Assembly: GCA_047600485.1 (NCBI GenBank)
Contig: JASGKS010000001.1
Span: forward strand, 6,912,259-6,976,258
Source: Archangium sp.
GTDB taxonomy: Bacteria > Myxococcota > Myxococcia > Myxococcales > Myxococcaceae
Reading direction: 5' to 3'
DNA: 64,000 bases
Shown: positions 18,321 through 27,630 of the stretch, piece after piece
Numbering within the stretch: the stretch's first letter is position 1
Layout of the letters: the number at the start of each line of letters is the position of its first letter
Notes under the pieces: generated by a model
The model's database searches: none
Seen by the model: the letters and a program-made list of their open reading frames with translations, nothing else
Told to the model about the DNA's origin: nothing
Translations under genes and position numbers: made by a program

Positions 18321-19979
18321 CTACGCAGCCGCGCGCACGTACTCCGCGAGCGTTTCGAGCAACCGCTCCCGCGTCACCGGCTTCGCAAGGAACCCATTCA
18401 TGCCCGCCGCGCGACACTCATCAGCGTCTTCCGAATGTGCTGACGCCGACACGCCGATGATGGGAAGCGTGTGCCCCGCCGCGCGCATGCGACGCGCGGT
18501 CTCGAGCCCATCGACCTTCGGCATGTGCACATCGAGCAGCACCACGTCGTAGCCCTGCGCGAGTTCACCAACCGCCGACTCACCGTCATCGAGCGTGGTC
18601 ACCGAGCAGCCCGCCGACTCGAGCAGCCGCTGCGCGACGCGTTGATTGACGCGGTTGTCATCGACCACCAGCACGCGGTGCTGCAACCGCTCGTCGGCGC
18701 GCACGGGCCGCTGAGCTTCCAGCGTCGCGACCTCCAACGGAATGCGCAGCGAGAAGGTGCTGCCCTTCCCCGCGACAGAAGTCACTCCAAGCTCACCGCT
18801 CATCAGCGCGGCGAGCTCTCGCGAGAGATGAAGCCCGAGTCCGCTCCCGGAGTGCGTGCGCGTGCGCCCGGTCTCGGCCTGAACGAAACGACCGAACAGC
18901 CGCGCCTGGTCTTCAGCCGAGATGCCGATGCCGCTGTCGCTCACCTCACACGCGAGTGTTGAGCCGTCGGCGCGCAGCATGACCTTCACTCCACCGCGCG
19001 AAGTGAACTTGATGGCGTTGCTGATCAGATTGCTGAGCACCTGTCGCACGCGACGGCCATCGGCGCGCACGGCCTGCGGCAGCTCGGGAGTCACACTCAC
19101 TTCGAGCGTGAGCGACTTCCTTTGCGCGAGCGGCTGCCACAGCCCGCGCAGTTCGGCGGTCAGCAACTGCAGCGACATCGGCGCCGGCTCGAGCTTCAGC
19201 TTGCGCGCCTCGAGCTTCGACAAATCGAGCAGGTCGTCGATGAGCGAGAGCAGCACGTCACCGCTGGAGCGAATGGTCTGCACCATGTCTCGCTCTTCCG
19301 GGTCGAGCGTGCGCGTGAGCAGCGCGTCGGTCATGCCGAGCACCGCGTTCATCGGCGTGCGGATTTCGTGGCCGACGTTGGCGAAGAAGACGGCCTTGGC
19401 CTGCTCGGCCTCGACGAGTCGCACCAGCGCGCGCTCCCGGTCTCTGGCCAGCGCCTCGAGCAACGCCACGCTCGCGCCCAGCGTACAGACGAAGTTCATC
19501 ACCCGCGTGAACACCGGAGCGGGGTCGACCGCAGGAACGGTGAAGCCCGCGTGGCCCGCGACCACCGCCACCGAGCCCGCCAACATCGCCGCGCCGAACC
19601 ACCAGCGCACCTCGCGCGTGTCGAGCAGCGTGGCCGCCATCAGCGGCATGAGGAAGAGGTAGCCCAGCGTGGTGAGCTCCATCGGCGAGGTGGTGAGCGC
19701 TCCGGCGGCGAGCATCACGGTGAAGACGCCCGCTGCCAGGCGCACCACACCGCGCGGAGCTTTCGAGAAGAGTCGCAGCGCGATGGCGGCGACCACCGCG
19801 TCGATGGCGTTGAGCGCGGCGAGCGCCCAGAGGTCGGACGCCGCCGCGAGCACTGCCGACACCACACTCAACGCGAGCGCGATGAGCAGTGTCTTCAGGA
19901 AGACCCGACTCCGCGCGCGTTCGTCTTCGGTCTGGGCCTCGGGGAGAAGGCGATCCAGACGGTGTTGCACCGACGTCAT
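18321..19979 (-). CDS. Hybrid sensor histidine kinase/response regulator
   Basis: TM N-terminus; H-box [11 protein letters not shown]; HATPase motifs (N, G1, G2); C-terminal receiver domain (VVDDN...LLDVHMP). Confidence 0.85.
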   Translation of the reverse strand: MTSVQHRLDRLLPEAQTEDERARSRVFLKTLLIALALSVVSAVLAAASDLWALAALNAIDAVVAAIALRLFSKAPRGVVRLAAGVFTVMLAAGALTTSPMELTTLGYLFLMPLMAATLLDTREVRWWFGAAMLAGSVAVVAGHAGFTVPAVDPAPVFTRVMNFVCTLGASVALLEALARDRERALVRLVEAEQAKAVFFANVGHEIRTPMNAVLGMTDALLTRTLDPEERDMVQTIRSSGDVLLSLIDDLLDLSKLEARKLKLEPAPMSLQLLTAELRGLWQPLAQRKSLTLEVSVTPELPQAVRADGRRVRQVLSNLISNAIKFTSRGGVKVMLRADGSTLACEVSDSGIGISAEDQARLFGRFVQAETGRTRTHSGSGLGLHLSRELAALMSGELGVTSVAGKGSTFSLRIPLEVATLEAQRPVRADERLQHRVLVVDDNRVNQRVAQRLLESAGCSVTTLDDGESAVGELAQGYDVVLLDVHMPKVDGLETARRMRAAGHTLPIIGVSASAHSEDADECRAAGMNGFLAKPVTRERLLETLAEYVRAAA

Positions 19980-20072
19980 CGATCAGATTGCTAGCGCCCG
20001 ATTCCAACGAAGGTGAACGTCAAGACGTTGACGCGCGAATGAGTGGCGCCGCGGTGGGAGCGCGTTTCAGCC

Positions 20073-20681
20073 TCAGTCGAGCAGCACACTGACGTCGAAC
20101 TCGCTGCCGCTGTCGCTCGGGTCCGCTCCGGAAATCCACACCCAGACCGTGCCGGCCTGGACCTGCTGAATCAGCGTCTCGCTGGCATCGATGGCGCCCG
20201 TGTCGGAGCAGGCCGCGCTGGTCGCTACCGCGCAGCTCGCGCCGGTGAAGAGCGAGATGACGGGGTCGAAGTGCACGTTGCCACCCGTGCCATGCGGCGT
20301 GACGGTGACGTGGAGCGCGCCCGCGACCGGAGCGACGATTTTGTAGACCACGTCCTTCGTCTTCTGCGCGCAGGTCGGCGTGACGCTCGGAGTCGCGAGC
20401 GAAGTGTCGGAGATGGACGTGCCGACGTAGTCCGTTCCCATCTGGGTGAGCGTGATGGTGCGCTGGTTGTCGCAGGTGTCGCCGTCGAAGCCCGCGCCTT
20501 CGCCGGTCGCTCCGCCTCCGCCCGTTGCGCCGCCGCCCGTGCCGCCACCGGTCGCGGTGCCTCCGCCGGTGCCTCCGCCGGTGAAGAGCCCGCCGCCACC
20601 TCCGGCGCCGGCGTCCTTTCCCGGGTTCATCGAGCCGCACGCGACGAGAGACAGCGAGAGGACCAGCACTGCGTTCCGCAT
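20073..20681 (-). CDS. Gly-rich lipoprotein (hypothetical)
   Basis: MRNAVLVLSLSLVACGS lipobox, a poly-Gly/Thr linker and a C-terminal domain. Confidence 0.5.
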   Translation of the reverse strand: MRNAVLVLSLSLVACGSMNPGKDAGAGGGGGLFTGGGTGGGTATGGGTGGGATGGGGATGEGAGFDGDTCDNQRTITLTQMGTDYVGTSISDTSLATPSVTPTCAQKTKDVVYKIVAPVAGALHVTVTPHGTGGNVHFDPVISLFTGASCAVATSAACSDTGAIDASETLIQQVQAGTVWVWISGADPSDSGSEFDVSVLLD

Positions 20682-20815
20682 TTCATGCTCCTGTTTTTTT
20701 CCGGCCGGGCGGCGCGGCGGAGCAATGCGCGTGCCTCGTGTCTCTCGTGCGCGCACCCCGCGCGAGTTGTCGGGAACAGGCGACAGGTGTCGTGCGCAGC
20801 CGACAGAATGCGCGC

Positions 20816-21265
20816 GTGAAATTCGACGACGCGTCCTGGCACTACGGCGGCAAATTTCCCAAAGGGCTGCCGAAGGAAAATGGCGGCACGCACATCGGTC
20901 TGTTCGTCGCGTGGTGCATCGAGCACGACCTCATCGGACGCAGGCACTTCACCGAGTCACGCAAACAAGTCGACCGCGTGCTCGCGCGGAAGATGACGGG
21001 CCGCGACTTTCTCTTCGAGGTGCTCGACGAGAAGTTCTGCGACGAGGACCTCGTGCCGCTCGGCAGAAAGTTCACGCGCGCCTACTTCAACGACGGCAAG
21101 TACATCGACCACTACCTGAAGACCTTCGGCGTGAAGGACGACGGCTCGGTCTACACGGTGAAGGACACCTGGGAGAACTACGAGCGGCTCAAGCCGGCCA
21201 TCGAGAAAGCGTTCGGCGCGTGGGCGAAGAAGAACCCGTTCGCGGCTCGCAAGAAGCGTCGCTGA
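20816..21265 (+). CDS. Hypothetical cytoplasmic protein (conserved FDDASWHYGGKFP N-terminus)
   Basis: Open frame with GC3 bias. Probable GTG start at 20816; the track ORF starts at 20738. Confidence 0.45.
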   Translation: MKFDDASWHYGGKFPKGLPKENGGTHIGLFVAWCIEHDLIGRRHFTESRKQVDRVLARKMTGRDFLFEVLDEKFCDEDLVPLGRKFTRAYFNDGKYIDHYLKTFGVKDDGSVYTVKDTWENYERLKPAIEKAFGAWAKKNPFAARKKRR

Positions 21266-22156
21266 TCAGCAGTGGCTCGCCGCGAAATTGCCGGCGATGA
21301 AATCAGCGAGCAACCGCACGCGCGCTGGCACGTACTTCGACGCGGGCATCACGAGGTGAACGCCACCGCCGCTGATGCTCCACTCGGGCAACACGCGCTC
21401 GAACGGCGGAGCACCCTTCTTCGCGCACGCCGACGTCATGAAGATGGGCATCAACCCGATGCCGGTGCCGCGCGCGGTGATGGCGCGCATGAAGCCGAAG
21501 TCGTCGACGCTCAACGCGCCGCGCACCGTCACTTCGCGCTCGTCGTCACGCCGCGAGAGCTTCAGCCGCGCCTTGCCCTGACGGCCGCGGAACAGAATCA
21601 GCTCGTGCTCTGCAAGGGCGTCGACGTTCCTCGGCGCGCCGTGCTTGCGCACGTACTCAGGCGTCGCGAACAGCCCGAGGTCCGACTGCGCGAGCTTGCG
21701 TGAGATGAGCGACGAGTCGTCGAGCCGACCCGCACGCAGCGCGAGGTCGATGCCTTCCTCGATGAGATTCACCTGGCGGTTGGTCACCACCACCTCGACG
21801 TGAATGTTCGGGTGGTCCTTCGAGAAGCGCGCGAGCAGCTCGGCCATCGGGTACGCGTCGTTGGGCAGTGAGAGCCGCACCACGCCGCTCGCGTCGTCGG
21901 TGGCGTGACCCACCTCGGCCTGCGCTTCTTCGAGCGCCGCGCGCGCTGCCTTCGCCCGCTCGTAGAACGCGCGACCCGCTTCGGTCAGCTCGAGTGAACG
22001 CGTGGTGCGCTGCAGAAGCTGCGTCTCGAGCTCCTTCTCCAGCGAAGTGACGGCGCGGCTCGCAGTCGACTTCGGCACGCCGAGCGACTTCGCGGCGGCG
22101 GTAAAGCTCCCTTGATCCACCACCTTGAGGAAGACGGGAACGCGGCTCCAATCCAT
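21266..22156 (-). CDS. LysR-family transcriptional regulator
   Basis: N-terminal HTH (FLKVVDQGSFTAAAKSLGVPKSTASR) and a LysR substrate-binding domain. Start taken at MDWSRV (ATG 22156). Divergent from the doxX-rSAM operon. Confidence 0.8.
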   Translation of the reverse strand: MDWSRVPVFLKVVDQGSFTAAAKSLGVPKSTASRAVTSLEKELETQLLQRTTRSLELTEAGRAFYERAKAARAALEEAQAEVGHATDDASGVVRLSLPNDAYPMAELLARFSKDHPNIHVEVVVTNRQVNLIEEGIDLALRAGRLDDSSLISRKLAQSDLGLFATPEYVRKHGAPRNVDALAEHELILFRGRQGKARLKLSRRDDEREVTVRGALSVDDFGFMRAITARGTGIGLMPIFMTSACAKKGAPPFERVLPEWSISGGGVHLVMPASKYVPARVRLLADFIAGNFAASHC

Positions 22157-22231
22157 GTTGCATGAATAGCAACAAAGCGTTCGAAACGCACAATCTAGTG
22201 CTGCTGGCGCAACGGCCTTATTCGTGCGCCC

Positions 22232-22666
22232 ATGACCAAATACCTCGCGCACCTTCCCCGCCTCTTCCTGGGCCTCGTCTTCACCGTGTTCGGCATCGCA
22301 GGGTTGTTTCACCTGATGCCGCAGCCGCCGCTCCCCGAGGGCATCGCCGGCACGTACATCTCCGCGCTCGGCGGCACGTACCTCTTCACGCTGGTGAAGC
22401 TCACCGAGGTGGTGGCCGGCGTGCTGTTCCTCGCCAACCGCTTCAGCGCGCTCGCCGCGATTCTCATCGCGCCGGTGGTGGTGAACATCTTCGCGGCGCA
22501 CGCCTTCGTGCTGCCCGGCGGTCTGGGCCTGCCCATCGCGCTCGTCGCCGCGCTGGTCTTCGTGGCCTGGCAGCGTCGTGAGGCCTACCGCCCGCTGTTC
22601 GTCGCGAAGACGCAGACGGCTGCGGCGGCTTCCGAGCCGAGCGCCCGCACGCTCGCGGCGGCCTGA
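22232..22666 (+). CDS. DoxX-family membrane protein
   Basis: About 140 aa with four TM helices. First gene of the operon with the rSAM enzyme (21-bp gap). Confidence 0.65.
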   Translation: MTKYLAHLPRLFLGLVFTVFGIAGLFHLMPQPPLPEGIAGTYISALGGTYLFTLVKLTEVVAGVLFLANRFSALAAILIAPVVVNIFAAHAFVLPGGLGLPIALVAALVFVAWQRREAYRPLFVAKTQTAAAASEPSARTLAAA

Positions 22667-22687
22667 TTCGTCTACAGTGCGCGGCTC

Positions 22688-23989
22688 GTGACTGCGCCGC
22701 GCCACACGCTCCGACTCGAGGCTGATCGCGCGCTGCTCTACGACCGCGTCGCGCATCAGTACTTCCCGCTCAGCGCCGGCGAGGCGTTCCTCTGCACCGC
22801 CGCTGCCGAGGTCGGGCTCGACGAAGCGACGCGCCTGCTCGCGCAGAAAATCGGCGACGACGACGCGAACGACTTTCGCGCGCAGCTCGAAGACGACGGA
22901 GCGCTGAACGAAAACGGCTTCACCGGCCGGCTCCTCGAGCAGCGCGACATCAAGGGTGCGTACGCCGCTCCGCTGGTGTGCCACCTGGGCGTGACGCTGG
23001 CGTGCAACTTCGCGTGCAACCACTGCTACTCGTCGAGCGGCCAGCGCGCGAAAGACGAGCTCACGCTCGACGACATCAAGGGCCTCGTCGATCAGCTCGT
23101 CGACATCGGCTGCATGAAGCTGGTGCTCGGCGGCGGCGAACCGTTCCTCCGCAAGGAACTGGCCGACATCGTCGCGTACGCCGATTCGCGCGGAGTCGAC
23201 TGCTTCGTCCACACCAACGCCTCGCTGGTGCGCGCTGAAGTCCTCGAGCGCCTCGCGAAGACGCCGCCCGCCTCACTCGCCGTCAGCCTCGACGGCCCCG
23301 ACGCGCACACCAACGACCGCGTGCGCGGACCCAAAGCGTTCGAGAAGACGATGAAGGGCCTCGAGGTGCTGCGCGCCAATTGGCCGCACGGCTTCAACCT
23401 CTCGGTCACCATCACGCCCGAGAACGCCACGCTCACACCGCAGCTCGTCGCGCTCGCGAAGGAACAGGGCGCCAACGTGTTGCTGCTGCGACCCGCGTAC
23501 CCCGCCGGCGAAGCGATGAAGGACACCTCGCTCATCTGCGACCGCGAGACGTTCGCGCGCGCCATCGACCTCGCACGGCCCGAAGCGAAGAAGCTCGGCG
23601 TCACGCTCGACGCGCCGCACCCGCATGAGCAGGGCGAGCCCGACTTCGAAGGCTTCGGCTGCGTCGCGGCGCGCGTGGTGCTCGGTGTCGACCCGCGCGG
23701 CAACGTCACGCCGTGCCTCAATCTCCCGGGCGGCTTCGACAGCGGCAACATCAAGGAGAAGAAGCTGCAAGACCTCTGGAAGAAGGGTCGCGGCTTCGTG
23801 CTGCTGCGCGCGCAGGAAGCGGGTCCTCAGTGCAGCACCTGCAAGCACTACGAGACCTGTCGCGGCGGCTGCCGCGTGCGCGCCCTCTATTCCGAGAACG
23901 GTCTCGGTGGCCCCGACAGTTGGTGTCACTATGAGCCGCGCGAAGTTTCGAAGCAGACCCGCCGCACACGCACAGGAGCAACACGATGA
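22688..23989 (+). CDS. Radical SAM/SPASM-domain peptide-modifying enzyme with N-terminal PqqD-like RRE
   Basis: CNFACNHC (Cx3Cx2C); GGEPFL; twitch/SPASM Cys cluster (CLNLPGG...CSTCKHYETCRGGCRVRA...WCHYEP). N-terminal segment of about 95 aa is RRE-like (YFPLSAGEAFL...). Confidence 0.8.
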   Translation: MTAPRHTLRLEADRALLYDRVAHQYFPLSAGEAFLCTAAAEVGLDEATRLLAQKIGDDDANDFRAQLEDDGALNENGFTGRLLEQRDIKGAYAAPLVCHLGVTLACNFACNHCYSSSGQRAKDELTLDDIKGLVDQLVDIGCMKLVLGGGEPFLRKELADIVAYADSRGVDCFVHTNASLVRAEVLERLAKTPPASLAVSLDGPDAHTNDRVRGPKAFEKTMKGLEVLRANWPHGFNLSVTITPENATLTPQLVALAKEQGANVLLLRPAYPAGEAMKDTSLICDRETFARAIDLARPEAKKLGVTLDAPHPHEQGEPDFEGFGCVAARVVLGVDPRGNVTPCLNLPGGFDSGNIKEKKLQDLWKKGRGFVLLRAQEAGPQCSTCKHYETCRGGCRVRALYSENGLGGPDSWCHYEPREVSKQTRRTRTGATR

Positions 23990-24306
23990 CGGTTCGACGA
24001 ACGGGCACTCGCACGCCGGTGTCCAGTGGTTGTGGTTCTTCTTCGACGCGCGGAACTTCGAAGCCGTCGCCGCGCAAGCCGGTCGCCACGGGCTGCGGCA
24101 CCTCGTCGAGCTCGGGCAGCAAGGGCTGGTCGGCGAAGACCGGCGGCAAGGTGAGCGACAAGGTCAGCCAGCGCAGCAAGGACCTGCTCGACAAGGCCGA
24201 GGGCAAGACCGGGCGTCGCACCACGTCGAGCGGCTGCGGCACGTCGTCGCCGAGCAAGCCGTCGCCGCACAAGCCCACTCCGAAGCCGACGCGCACGGGG
24301 TGCTGA
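23986..24306 (+). CDS. Small basic Ser/Thr/Pro-rich peptide with repeated GCG(S/T)SS motifs (candidate rSAM substrate)
   Basis: ATGA overlap with the rSAM stop. High GC3 in this frame. SGCGSSS, TGCGTSSSS, SGCGTSSPS and a C-terminal TGC. No signal peptide. Confidence 0.5.
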   Translation: MTVRRTGTRTPVSSGCGSSSTRGTSKPSPRKPVATGCGTSSSSGSKGWSAKTGGKVSDKVSQRSKDLLDKAEGKTGRRTTSSGCGTSSPSKPSPHKPTPKPTRTGC

Positions 24307-24307
24307 G

Positions 24308-24613
24308 ATGAACCAGCACCGACTGTCCCGCTTGAAGCGATTGGCGACGGGCGCAGCGTTGATCAGCTCCACGCTCGCGCTCGGCGAAGACGTCAAGGCG
24401 CCGCCCGTGAACCCGGGCCCGCCGACTCGCATGAACTCACCGGGCAAGCAGAAGCCGGTGGCGGTCGACGCGGGCGTCGTCGATGCGGGCGTGACCGAAG
24501 AACCGGTGAAGCCCGATGACGGCCCGCACGTGAACAGCCCGCCGCCGCAGAAGCCCATTGCGAAGCCGCGGCCGCCGAACGTGAACTCGCCGCCTCAGCC
24601 GACCACGAAGTGA
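24308..24613 (+). CDS. Secreted Pro-rich peptide with three (R/H/N)(M/V)NSP..QKP repeats
   Basis: Starts 1 nt after the stop of the preceding peptide. Signal peptide ...ALISSTLALG. High GC3. Confidence 0.5.
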   Translation: MNQHRLSRLKRLATGAALISSTLALGEDVKAPPVNPGPPTRMNSPGKQKPVAVDAGVVDAGVTEEPVKPDDGPHVNSPPPQKPIAKPRPPNVNSPPQPTTK

Positions 24614-24663
24614 ATCGAAGCTGACGTCAGGCCGCGGGTGTCGGCGCTGTCCGACCCTGCGCC

Positions 24664-25281
24664 ATGTCACCGTCGCTCCCCGCTCTCCGCGCCGCCCTTC
24701 GTGCTCGGCCACGAGACGCGGCGTTGCGCGCGGTGTTCGCCGATTTTCTGCTCGAGCGTGGCGACCCCAGAGGCCTCTTCATTCAGGCGCAGCGCGAAGG
24801 ACGCGTCGAAGAAGCGCAGCGCCTGCTCGAGAAATACCGCGTCCACTTCGTTCACCCGTTGCCGCATGGCGCTGACGTGGACTTCGTCGATGGCTTCGTC
24901 GACGCGTGGCGCACGACGCCCGACGAATTTCGCCGCGCGGGCAGAAGGATGTTGCGACACCTGCCGCTGCGCTCGCTCACCTTGAGCGGAGTGCGCCAGG
25001 TCGACCTCCAATACCTGCTCGCCTCGGAAGGTCTGGAGTGCGTCACCACGCTCGTGCTCCACCAGCTGCGCATCGGCGCGCTGCAGTTGCTGGCGAGCAA
25101 CGACTTGCCGCACGTGCGCGTGCTGCAGGTCTCCGGCGCGCTGATGGAATCGCAGCTCGACGCGCTGCCCGACACCGACGTCGCGCGCCGGCTGCGCAGA
25201 GCCGCGACGCCACCGACCCGCGGCCGCCCGTTCTTCTGGATCGACGAGCGCTTCGAGTCACCGTTCGCGCAGTTGGGCTAG
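24664..25281 (+). CDS. TIGR02996-like repeat-companion/LRR protein (short paralog)
   Basis: LRAVFADFLLERGDPRGLFI motif near the N-terminus. Confidence 0.5.
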   Translation: MSPSLPALRAALRARPRDAALRAVFADFLLERGDPRGLFIQAQREGRVEEAQRLLEKYRVHFVHPLPHGADVDFVDGFVDAWRTTPDEFRRAGRRMLRHLPLRSLTLSGVRQVDLQYLLASEGLECVTTLVLHQLRIGALQLLASNDLPHVRVLQVSGALMESQLDALPDTDVARRLRRAATPPTRGRPFFWIDERFESPFAQLG

Positions 25282-25294
25282 ACCTCGCGCTCGC

Positions 25295-26164
25295 GTGACG
25301 AGCACCATCTTCAGCCGCACCGCCGTTCCCGATGGAGACACGCTCGGGCTCACGCGCGAACACGAGCTCGTCGCGCAGCCGCGCAAGGGCACCATCGACT
25401 GGGCGTCGTTCAATCGCTCACAGTTCGATGAAGCGAGCCTCGAGACCGCGCGCACGTTGTGGAGTCACCGCGCCTTCACCGAGTTCCACTCGCTCACGCA
25501 CTTCTCGCAGCTCAGCTCACAGCTGCATCTGCTCGGCGCGCCGCTCGACTGGAGCGGTGCCTTCGCGCGCATGGTGAGCGACGAGGTACGCCACACCGAG
25601 CTGTGTCTGCGAATGGTCGAAGCGCTCGGCGGCTCGCGAGACCTCACGCTTCCTTCGCTCGACGGCGTTCATCAGACCGTTCCGCAGGGCACGCTCCGCG
25701 CGCACGTGCGTCGCACCGTCATCAGCGCGTTCTGCATCGGCGAGACGCTCTCGGGGCGCATGTTCAAGCGCTGCCTCGCGGGCGCGAACGTGCCGCTGGC
25801 GCGCGACGTGGTGACCGCCATTCTCGTCGACGAGACGTTCCACTCCGAGCTGGGTTGGGAATTGGGCGCGCTCCTGATGCGGCCCGACGAGGCGGTCGCG
25901 ACGGAAGTCGCCGCGCTCGAAGCCGAGCTGCCGAAGCTGTTCGCTGATTTTGCGCAGCAGTGTCTGGCGACGAAGAGCGCGGCCTGGGCGCGCGCGCAAC
26001 CCGAGTTCGACGACGGTCCCAACTTCGGCACCATGAGCACCGCGGGCTACGCACACGCCTTCTACGAGGGCATGGAGCACGACGTGGTGCCGGGCCTGGA
26101 AGCCATCGGACTGGGTCACGCGCGCGCAGCGTGGGAGCAATTCATCGCCACGCGCCGCTATTGA
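25295..26164 (+). CDS. Ferritin-like (di-iron, two ExxH) domain protein
   Basis: DEVRHTELCLRM and DETFHSELGWELG suggest di-iron carboxylate ligands. Start uncertain. Confidence 0.5.
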   Translation: MTSTIFSRTAVPDGDTLGLTREHELVAQPRKGTIDWASFNRSQFDEASLETARTLWSHRAFTEFHSLTHFSQLSSQLHLLGAPLDWSGAFARMVSDEVRHTELCLRMVEALGGSRDLTLPSLDGVHQTVPQGTLRAHVRRTVISAFCIGETLSGRMFKRCLAGANVPLARDVVTAILVDETFHSELGWELGALLMRPDEAVATEVAALEAELPKLFADFAQQCLATKSAAWARAQPEFDDGPNFGTMSTAGYAHAFYEGMEHDVVPGLEAIGLGHARAAWEQFIATRRY

Positions 26165-26371
26165 TCAATTCAAGCGCTTGCTGAGCGCGTCGAGCCGCTT
26201 CTTCAAGTCGGCCAGCGCCTCGGTGGTCGCCACCGACGCCGAGCTGAGCGCGCGCTCCAACTGCGGCTCGAGCTGTTCCCACTCACTGCGCACCTCCATG
26301 CCGGCGAGGTGAATCTTCAGCTTCAGCTCATCGCGCAACGACTTGAGGGCTTCGAGATTGGGGCTCTGCAT
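26165..26371 (-). CDS. Small coiled-coil protein (68 aa, hypothetical)
   Basis: Strong SD (GAAAGGAGA) 6 nt upstream of ATG 26371; MQSPNLEALKSLRDELKLKIH... Confidence 0.5.
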   Translation of the reverse strand: MQSPNLEALKSLRDELKLKIHLAGMEVRSEWEQLEPQLERALSSASVATTEALADLKKRLDALSKRLN

Positions 26372-26494
26372 GGTGAGTCTCCTTTCGACTGCGTGATGTT
26401 CCGCAGACACTTCAGGACTCGTGCCGACACCGCGCTTCGCGTGGTTGCACCACTCGACGGCGCAAACACGCCTCATCGCGCGAAAAGGCTGCGC

Positions 26495-27430
26495 TCAGTC
26501 GGAGTCGGTCATCGCCAGCACCGCGAGCCTCGCGTCGGGCCGCAGACACACCAGCCCCACGTCGAGCACCACGTGGGCGAACCAATCGCTGTCGCTCTCG
26601 AACTGCGCCCACTGGCACTGCTCGGCGAGCGCGTTCACCTCGTCGAACGAAGCGTTGTCGGCTGCTCCGGTGAGCGCGCGCAGAGAACGCCACGCGAGCA
26701 ATCTCCCGAAGGCCGCCGAGCGCGCCGCGACGTACGCGCCTCCACACGTCGCGAGTTGCAGCAACAACGCCATCACTTCGCGCGGCGTGCTGGCGCGCAT
26801 CTTCGGCGGTGTTCCCGCGGCGAGGCAGTCGAGCTTCAGGGGAAACAGCGCGAGCGTCTCGACTCGGAGCGGCGCGCGCTCGAGCTTGAACACGCGGCCT
26901 TCCCACGTCGAGTTGGGCGCGAGTGCTTCGTCGCTGAGCACCGACGCCATGACCCGCGCATCGCAGCTCTGCTCGACCGCCGCAGTGGCCCACGTGCCCG
27001 GCGAGCCGTTGACCGCCCAGTTCATGCCGTCGAACTCGAACCAGTTTCCGAGCGTGTCTCCACGGCGCGCCGAGGTGCGGATGCACTTCTCTTCGAGCGG
27101 CAGCACGCGCAAGGGCAGCGCCTTCAGTGGATGTTGCGACGGCAGGCGTTCCCAGAACGCGGTGACGAACGGCGAGCGCGCGACCTCGCTGCCACGCACC
27201 ACGCGCTCCTGAATCCAGCACGCGAAGAGGTCCTGCAGTGAAGGCTCGGGGCCGAACCACTCAAGCTCACGCTCCAGCATCGCGTCGTCTTGCGCGTAGG
27301 CGAGCAGCGCTCCCAGGTTGCGCGCCGGAGCATCGACCAGCGTACGAACGCCGCTTCGGTGCTGCTCGCTCTCTGGAGGCGTCTTCGCGAGTTCCAGGAA
27401 ACGCCGCAGCGCATCGGGCTGCTTCAGCAT
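26495..27430 (-). CDS. Hypothetical protein (start uncertain)
   Basis: The track ORF extends to 28279 but overlaps the 27631..28968 gene. No canonical in-frame start lies between 27430 and 27630. Confidence 0.4.
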   Translation of the reverse strand: MLKQPDALRRFLELAKTPPESEQHRSGVRTLVDAPARNLGALLAYAQDDAMLERELEWFGPEPSLQDLFACWIQERVVRGSEVARSPFVTAFWERLPSQHPLKALPLRVLPLEEKCIRTSARRGDTLGNWFEFDGMNWAVNGSPGTWATAAVEQSCDARVMASVLSDEALAPNSTWEGRVFKLERAPLRVETLALFPLKLDCLAAGTPPKMRASTPREVMALLLQLATCGGAYVAARSAAFGRLLAWRSLRALTGAADNASFDEVNALAEQCQWAQFESDSDWFAHVVLDVGLVCLRPDARLAVLAMTDSD

Positions 27431-27630
27431 GCCGAGCGCGCGAAACGACGACTGGTGCGGCCAGCTCTGCAGCAGCGGGTGCTTGTGACTCGCGCGGTGC
27501 AGCTCGAGCAGGAACGTCTCGTCGTCGCGGCGAATGGCGTCGGTGATGGACGTCTGCAGCAACCGCCAGTCGTCTCCGTCGGCCGGCGCGCCGGTGCGGG
27601 GAAAGCGCGCGACGAGGCGCTCGACTGGAG

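Noticed and set aside
22688-23989. Anaerobic sulfatase-maturating enzyme (anSME) interpretation of the rSAM/SPASM protein
   Set aside because: anSMEs lack an N-terminal PqqD-like RRE and sit next to sulfatase genes. Here there is an RRE-like N-terminus and co-translated small peptides, and no sulfatase is present.
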